Below are positions 26,438 to 32,000 of a DNA stretch of 32,000 nucleotides, piece by piece. Position 1 is the stretch's first letter, and each line of letters starts with the position of its first letter. The stretch comes from Nitrosopumilus maritimus SCM1 (GTDB lineage Archaea; Thermoproteota; Nitrososphaeria; Nitrososphaerales; Nitrosopumilaceae). Location of the stretch: the NCBI RefSeq assembly GCF_000018465.1, contig NC_010085.1:1350001-1382000 (forward strand). The letters are read 5' to 3'. A program made the translations under genes and the position numbers. The notes under the pieces are model-generated. The model made no database searches. It was not told where the DNA came from and worked only from the letters and a program-made list of their open reading frames with translations.

Positions 26438-27895
26438 GTGGCAGATTATGATGTTATAATTGCAGGTGGAGGACTTGCAGGAACAATTACAGCTCAAGCT
26501 ATTTCTCATTACACAAATCAAAACGCAAAGATCTTGGTAGTTGACAGAAACTCTGCAATGCTACCAGGTAGAAAGTCATTGTCTGGTTGGGTCTGCGGAG
26601 ACGCATGCTCCAAAGAAGCAGTGGATTTCATGACAGAAAGAATCAAGGTGGAATGGACCAGACCAGAAATCGAACATGACGTAAAAGGTGTCATGGCATT
26701 TTCTCCAGACAAAGAAACTGCAATTCCATTTGATGGTGCAGGTTACATGTTGAATCGTCAAAAACTACCAGAGATTCAAAATGAAAGATGTCAAAAGATG
26801 GGAATCGATTTTGAATTTGAAAAAAATCTTTCAGGTCTAATTTACGAAGGTCAACAAGTTGTCGGTGTCCAGGGAACAGATGCCAAAACAAGTGAGCCAT
26901 TCAAAAAGACAGCAAAGCTTGTCATTGATGCTACAGGTGTTGCATCCATGCTCAGAAATGGACTAAAGAACTCTACCAAAGTAGAAAAAAGAATCGACAG
27001 ACGAGACTTGGAATCAACTGGCAGATACATCATGTATTTTGAGCCAGGACAAAAAGAACTTTCAGAGTTTGATCCAGATTATTGTATTATTCACTTAGAC
27101 CAAGATATTGCTCCAGGTGGATATGGATGGGTATTTCCAAAAGCAGACAACAAAGTAAACATTGGTCTTGGAGTTGAAAAATCACTTTTAGAAAGAAGAA
27201 ACAAAAGATTAGGCAAAAAAGACAATGTCGAATCTCTAATGAAAGAATATTTGGAAAGAAATACTGTAATTAAAAATCCAACACTATCACAAGATCCTGA
27301 AGACATTAACAACAACACAGGAATATTCCAAGTTTCAGTTAGAAGACAAAATGATTGTATGGTTTCAGCTGGTTACATGATGGTTGGAGATTCTGCATGG
27401 ATGCCAAAACCAATTGATGCAGGGGGAATCGGTCCGGCACTAATTGCAGGAACTATTCTTGGAAACAATGTTGCACAAGCATTAGAAGCAAATGATGTTT
27501 CAGAAGCTGGCTTGTGGCAATACAATTTAGATTTCATCAAAGAGTACGGTTACAAGACTGCAGGTCTTGAATTGTTTAGAAGACTAGTTCAACAAATGAC
27601 AAACGAGCAAATCAGTTACGGTATGAAACACTTTTTGGGAAACATGGATGTAGAGTCGATCAGCAAAGGTGAACATCCAGACTTTTCAGGACTAGGAAAA
27701 CTTGGAATGATAATTAGAGGTGCAATGAACAAAACAGTTGCAGATGGTTTGAGATACACATCAAAAGAAAATCAATGGTTAGTAGAACATTACAATAATT
27801 ATCCAAAAGACCCATCTGGTTTTGATGAGTGGAACAAAACACTTCATGGAAGAATGGATGCAGCTTTTGCAAAAGTAGAAGCATTTGGAAAATAG
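26438..27895 (+). CDS. Geranylgeranyl reductase family FAD-dependent oxidoreductase
   Basis: 'YDVIIAGGGLAGTITAQAIS' Rossmann, 'SGWVCGDAC', 'IDATGVASMLR', 'GGYGWVFPKADNKVNIGLGV', 'VGDSAWMPKPIDAGGIGPALIAG'. Confidence 0.93.
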   Translation: MADYDVIIAGGGLAGTITAQAISHYTNQNAKILVVDRNSAMLPGRKSLSGWVCGDACSKEAVDFMTERIKVEWTRPEIEHDVKGVMAFSPDKETAIPFDGAGYMLNRQKLPEIQNERCQKMGIDFEFEKNLSGLIYEGQQVVGVQGTDAKTSEPFKKTAKLVIDATGVASMLRNGLKNSTKVEKRIDRRDLESTGRYIMYFEPGQKELSEFDPDYCIIHLDQDIAPGGYGWVFPKADNKVNIGLGVEKSLLERRNKRLGKKDNVESLMKEYLERNTVIKNPTLSQDPEDINNNTGIFQVSVRRQNDCMVSAGYMMVGDSAWMPKPIDAGGIGPALIAGTILGNNVAQALEANDVSEAGLWQYNLDFIKEYGYKTAGLELFRRLVQQMTNEQISYGMKHFLGNMDVESISKGEHPDFSGLGKLGMIIRGAMNKTVADGLRYTSKENQWLVEHYNNYPKDPSGFDEWNKTLHGRMDAAFAKVEAFGK

Positions 27896-27935
27896 ATCTA
27901 ACAATAAATATTGTCGATATTAATGAAAACGTACT

Positions 27936-28730
27936 TTGGAAGAAGTACAGTATCTAGATTGGAATAACTCAATTCAGACTCTAAACAAGGCATACGAGAC
28001 TGGCCTTTTTGTGCTCATTATAGGACCAAAAGGTACAGGAAAGACATCACTAGTTAGAGATTTTGCAAAAGGCAAGGGAATCAATCTAGAATCAATAAAT
28101 TTCAGCCTCAGAACAAGGGAGAGTCACTTGGTTGGAACCAAAACCCTCACAGATGGAACCGTGAGTTTTGATGAAGGTCTCTTGATAAAATCAATGAGGG
28201 AAGGCAGCATGTTATACTTGGATGAAATCAATTCAGCTGAAGCTGATGTTTTACTTAGATTAGATGAAGCACTAGATGACAGACGACAAATCGCATTAAA
28301 AGAATCTACAGGTGAAGTTGTAAAGGCAAAAGAAAACTGGTTTGTTGTTGCAACAATCAATCCGTTAACTCACAGTGGAACAAAGGAACTGCCTCCACAA
28401 CTCTTAAGCAGATTCCCAGTACGAATCAGACTAGAGTATCCACCTGAAGAAGTAGAATTAGAGATTGTAAAAAAGCACGTGTCAGGAGAACATGATTCAG
28501 AAATTGTTCAAGCAATCAAACTAGCAAATACGTTACGACAAGCAGCAGCAGTTGAAGAGTTGTTTTACTCTCCTAGTATGAGAGAGACAATTGCTTTTGC
28601 AAAGTTACTAGATAAAGGAATGGCTGCAAAAGAAGCTGCCAATTTTGTTTTTGGAAATGTGTACACACAATGGGGAGACATAGAATATCAAAAAGTAAGT
28701 GACATCATTACCTCAATGTTTGGAAACTAA
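27936..28730 (+). CDS. MoxR/CbbQ-type AAA+ ATPase
   Basis: Walker A 'IIGPKGTGKTSL', Walker B 'MLYLDEINSAEADVLLRLDEALDDRR', 'WFVVATINPL', 'LPPQLLSRFPVRIRLEYP'. Confidence 0.93.
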   Translation: MEEVQYLDWNNSIQTLNKAYETGLFVLIIGPKGTGKTSLVRDFAKGKGINLESINFSLRTRESHLVGTKTLTDGTVSFDEGLLIKSMREGSMLYLDEINSAEADVLLRLDEALDDRRQIALKESTGEVVKAKENWFVVATINPLTHSGTKELPPQLLSRFPVRIRLEYPPEEVELEIVKKHVSGEHDSEIVQAIKLANTLRQAAAVEELFYSPSMRETIAFAKLLDKGMAAKEAANFVFGNVYTQWGDIEYQKVSDIITSMFGN

Positions 28731-30293
28731 ATGCAATCAGTTAAGCTTCAAAACGAATCACTAGTAGAGATTGCCACATTTCTTGTAAGACGATGGTCTG
28801 AAAGAGACAACATTGTTGTAGAAATCTCAGACAAAACTGAAACAAAAACAAGACTAAAAGAAAACAAGGTAATTCTTACACCGCTAGAGAAAAGAGTAGG
28901 AAACGATTTTCAAAAGTACAGACAGTTTAGAACATCACTATGGTATGAGGCAATGAGAATAAAGTTCTGCAAGAAAATTCTCAGCAATGATCATGCATTT
29001 GGATTCATCCTAAACACAATGGAGACAAGACGTGTAGAGGAACTAGGAAGAAAGATTTGGAAAGGAATGGATGATGAAATCATCTTCAATTACGCCTACA
29101 TGCTTGTGGCCAGACCTCAATTGCACACAGTTTATGGAAAAGCAAGGATTGTTGAGGCATTCTATCAATATTTCATGTTTGGAGCAGTCAAGGGAGAAGT
29201 TCAGTCTAGTCATTTTGAAAAAATTAGAAAGGCAGATGCATTTGCAAAAAAAATGGTAAGCAAAGCAATTGAAGAAAATCACGACACAGATTGGCTTGAA
29301 AAAAATGTCAGTGAAATCATAAAAATTCTAGAGATTGATTCTCTACTAACAATTCCAGTATCACTACCATTTATGAAAGCAGGAATGCCACTTTCTGAAG
29401 AAGAACTGCTAAGAGTCTTGAAGATAGTTTCCAAAAACAAAGAAGGAGACTTTGGCAAAGTAGATCCTTCTGCAATATTGAAGGGAGAAGATGTAATTGA
29501 TGAGTATAATGTTTTACTTGATGAAGACAAGAAAACAGAGAACAAGGGACTGATGCCTGAAGCAATAGGAATCCAAATCCCAACTACAAGAAATGTAGAT
29601 GAGACTGTAATCTATGACATGAGTTTGATTAATGGACTAAAAACAAAATTCAAAGAATGGAAGACAGGTTGGAAGGAACAACATGTCAGATCAGGAGAAG
29701 AGTTTGATGAGGAAAACTACATTGAAGGAAATGAACCATTCTTTACAGATATTAAAAAATCAATCAAAACAAAAATTGTCATACTGTTAGATCATTCATC
29801 TAGTATTTCGTCGGATGCAATTGAATACAAAAAAGCAACGCTTGCACTTTGCGAAGTCTTGGCATATCTCAAAGTAAAATTTGCAGTCTATGCGTTTAGT
29901 ACAGAAAACAGATCAGTTGTTTGTTGGTCCATAAAACCAGACAACATGAAATGGAATAACGTTACTGCAAAAAGATTGGCACAAATAGTTGCAAACGGTT
30001 CTACACCACTAGCTGAAGTGTATGACAAGATGTTTCCAATCTTACAATCAAAGAGACCAGACATCCTCTTGACATTGACTGATGGTGAGCCATCAGACCC
30101 TGATGCAGTCAGAAACATGACAAAATCACTCAAAAGTCTAGGCATAAGTATGGTCGCCTTAGGCCTGGGACCAAATACTGTAAGGGCAACAACTATTGCA
30201 AACAATCTAAGACATTTGGGGTATGAAAAAACAATGGCAGTAAGCCGTCTAAGAGATATTCCAAACAAGGTAATCAAGATTTTAGATATCTAG
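28731..30293 (+). CDS. VWA-domain protein (NorD/CbbO/CoxE-like), partner of the MoxR ATPase
   Basis: MIDAS motif 'IVILLDHSSSISSDAIEYKKATLALCEVL', 'ANGSTPLAEVYDKMF', 'DILLTLTDGEPSD'; starts directly after the upstream stop (TAA-ATG). Confidence 0.9.
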   Translation: MQSVKLQNESLVEIATFLVRRWSERDNIVVEISDKTETKTRLKENKVILTPLEKRVGNDFQKYRQFRTSLWYEAMRIKFCKKILSNDHAFGFILNTMETRRVEELGRKIWKGMDDEIIFNYAYMLVARPQLHTVYGKARIVEAFYQYFMFGAVKGEVQSSHFEKIRKADAFAKKMVSKAIEENHDTDWLEKNVSEIIKILEIDSLLTIPVSLPFMKAGMPLSEEELLRVLKIVSKNKEGDFGKVDPSAILKGEDVIDEYNVLLDEDKKTENKGLMPEAIGIQIPTTRNVDETVIYDMSLINGLKTKFKEWKTGWKEQHVRSGEEFDEENYIEGNEPFFTDIKKSIKTKIVILLDHSSSISSDAIEYKKATLALCEVLAYLKVKFAVYAFSTENRSVVCWSIKPDNMKWNNVTAKRLAQIVANGSTPLAEVYDKMFPILQSKRPDILLTLTDGEPSDPDAVRNMTKSLKSLGISMVALGLGPNTVRATTIANNLRHLGYEKTMAVSRLRDIPNKVIKILDI

Positions 30294-30358
30294 TCCAAAA
30301 TAGGCTGAACTAATTTTCTATAGATATTTTATTGAGAAAAAATTAGCCAAATCAGAAA

Positions 30359-31903
30359 TTGTCAGAAAATCAAAATTACGATCCTGCATTGCTTGAAAAG
30401 TTTGAGCAAGAGATATGGAACAAGATTCCACATGTAGAAGGAGACAAGATAGTTAACGCAACACCACTAGTTGACTTGACTGCAGATTTGAAAGAATGTG
30501 CAAAGAGTGTCTTTAAACTAAACCTTGATGACAAGGATTTCAAAATTTACGGAAAGTTTGATTCAGAATTACTTAGCGGCTCCATCAAAGTAAGAGCAGC
30601 ATCACACATCATTCACGAGGCAATCAAAGAAGGAAAATGTAATGGAAAGAGAGTAGTAATTGAAGCCACATCAGGGAACTTTGGAATTGCATTAGGATTA
30701 TTATCAAAACTTGGTGTAACTGTAGTTGCACTTGTTTCAAGAAAATTACAAGAGGGCGTCTTCAAAGAATTAAGAAACGAGAATATCAAAATTATGGATT
30801 TGGATATGGATATTTGTCCAGCTCCTGGAATGGAGAACAAAGCAGACGAGATGGCTGCTAAAGCAACTGCAGGAAATATTCGCTCACAGTTAACTGAGAT
30901 GGGATTTGATCCTCAAATCTTTGACAACAACCTTACAGAGATTGAAGCACTGTTAGCAAAACAAGACATCATTAATTTGGCAAGATACCTTGCAGACATT
31001 TACGATTTGTTTTGCCCAAAGCAATACGACAATGAACTAAACATTGACATTCACAATACAGTAACTGCACCTGAAATTGATCAGCAATTACACGAACTTG
31101 GTGATTCCCTAGAAGATTATGCATTGTATTGTTCATTTGGAACAGGCGGCACATCAGGTGGTTTGAGCAAATACATGACTGAAAAATACAACAAAAAGGC
31201 AGTTCATGTAGTATTTCCCCCACTAGGTCAAGATGTTGCAGGAATCAGAACAAAATCAAAGGCTGAAGGACTCACACTATACAATCCTGAATCATACACA
31301 GAACACGAGATTGACTTTGAGAATGCAAAATTGATTCTCAAGTATATGGTAGATAAGGGACATGACATTGGTGAGAGCAGTGCATTGGAATTGTTTGCAG
31401 CACTAGAGATGGCATACAAGGGTGAAATCAAAAAGGCAGTAGTAATGATTGCAGATGGAATTGACAAATACAGGAAGAATTTTGAGATGATTGGAAAGGG
31501 CAGTGATGTTCCAATGAGAGTGTCACTAGAAGATGCAGCAGCTGTTGCAGGAGATTATGATAATATTATTTGGGTTCACACACAGTACACACCTAAAGAA
31601 GAAGGAATCGAGATTATTGCAAAGTCATTAGGTGTTGATAAATCAAAAATTACTATACCAAAAGCATCTACTATCAACAACCTATTATCAACACAACAAG
31701 TTCCTGAAGAACTTAGCAAAGAACTAGATGGCTCTAAGGGAAAATCATTGTTAGTGTGTATGGCAGGAAACACATCACTTATGACTGCACAAGTTTTAGC
31801 AAGCAAAGGAATAGTTACCCAGAGTTTGAATGGCGGAATAACCAATTTGCCTGAAGGAAGAGGTAAAAATCCTGGTGAATACATTCAGGTAGCTAGAGAA
31901 TAA
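30359..31903 (+). CDS. PLP-dependent cysteine synthase-like enzyme with C-terminal rhodanese-like domain
   Basis: 'FDSELLSGSIKVRAASHIIHEA' (PLP Lys), 'VVIEATSGNFGIALGLLSKLGVTVVALVS', 'YCSFGTGGTSGGLSKYM'; C-terminal 'KSLLVCMAGNTSLMTAQVLASKGIVTQSLNGGITNLP' is rhodanese-like with Cys. Confidence 0.87.
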   Translation: MSENQNYDPALLEKFEQEIWNKIPHVEGDKIVNATPLVDLTADLKECAKSVFKLNLDDKDFKIYGKFDSELLSGSIKVRAASHIIHEAIKEGKCNGKRVVIEATSGNFGIALGLLSKLGVTVVALVSRKLQEGVFKELRNENIKIMDLDMDICPAPGMENKADEMAAKATAGNIRSQLTEMGFDPQIFDNNLTEIEALLAKQDIINLARYLADIYDLFCPKQYDNELNIDIHNTVTAPEIDQQLHELGDSLEDYALYCSFGTGGTSGGLSKYMTEKYNKKAVHVVFPPLGQDVAGIRTKSKAEGLTLYNPESYTEHEIDFENAKLILKYMVDKGHDIGESSALELFAALEMAYKGEIKKAVVMIADGIDKYRKNFEMIGKGSDVPMRVSLEDAAAVAGDYDNIIWVHTQYTPKEEGIEIIAKSLGVDKSKITIPKASTINNLLSTQQVPEELSKELDGSKGKSLLVCMAGNTSLMTAQVLASKGIVTQSLNGGITNLPEGRGKNPGEYIQVARE

Positions 31904-31904
31904 T

Positions 31905-32000
31905 TTGAAATGCCTTTCAGTATCTCAACCATTTGCTGAATTAATCATTTTAGGAAAAAAAACAATAGAGTTACGCAAATGGAATACAAACTATCGTGGA
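31905..32000 (+). CDS. ASCH-domain protein, truncated by right window edge
   Basis: Frame from TTG at 31905 reads (M/L)KCLSVSQPFAELIILGKKTIELRKWNTNYRG, an ASCH N-terminus. Not in ORF track because it is partial. Confidence 0.75.
   Translation, partial: MKCLSVSQPFAELIILGKKTIELRKWNTNYRG

Noticed and set aside
28124-31884. Numerous antisense ORFs across the MoxR, VWA and PLP-rhodanese genes
   Set aside because: All overlap long, motif-supported genes and show no recognisable protein features.

Overview
This window is a chromosomal segment of an ammonia-oxidizing archaeon (Thaumarchaeota/Nitrososphaerota, Nitrosopumilus-like). It contains the ammonia monooxygenase locus: amoA, amoX and amoC on the minus strand, with amoB divergent on the plus strand. 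Two small membrane-protein genes just beyond amoB are candidates for additional AMO subunits (AmoY/AmoZ-like). Other content includes aconitase, a PheRS (pheS/pheT) and TrpRS cluster, and four tRNAs (Ala, Ile, Leu, Thr). The tRNA-Leu appears to carry two introns. There is also an orphan Dam-family DNA adenine methylase, an archaeal informational cluster (rpS15, RecJ-like DHH, Pcc1, SerRS, rpS3Ae/eS1, RNA-binding protein), a geranylgeranyl-reductase-like flavoprotein, a MoxR/VWA pair, a PLP enzyme with a rhodanese-like tail, and an ASCH-domain ORF at the right edge. The points most worth a second look are: (i) an unexplained GC-rich, strongly self-complementary segment at about 5.27-5.43 kb, probably a structured RNA; (ii) an exact 15-bp repeat upstream of both small amo-adjacent genes, with related GATC-centred sequences upstream of other amo genes and the dam-like gene; (iii) the double-intron tRNA-Leu; (iv) a winged-helix/B12-binding-like regulator lacking the canonical cobalamin His motif; (v) the PLP-rhodanese fusion. 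No CRISPR array, transposon or complete restriction system was seen. All calls are from sequence reading only; no database search was run.
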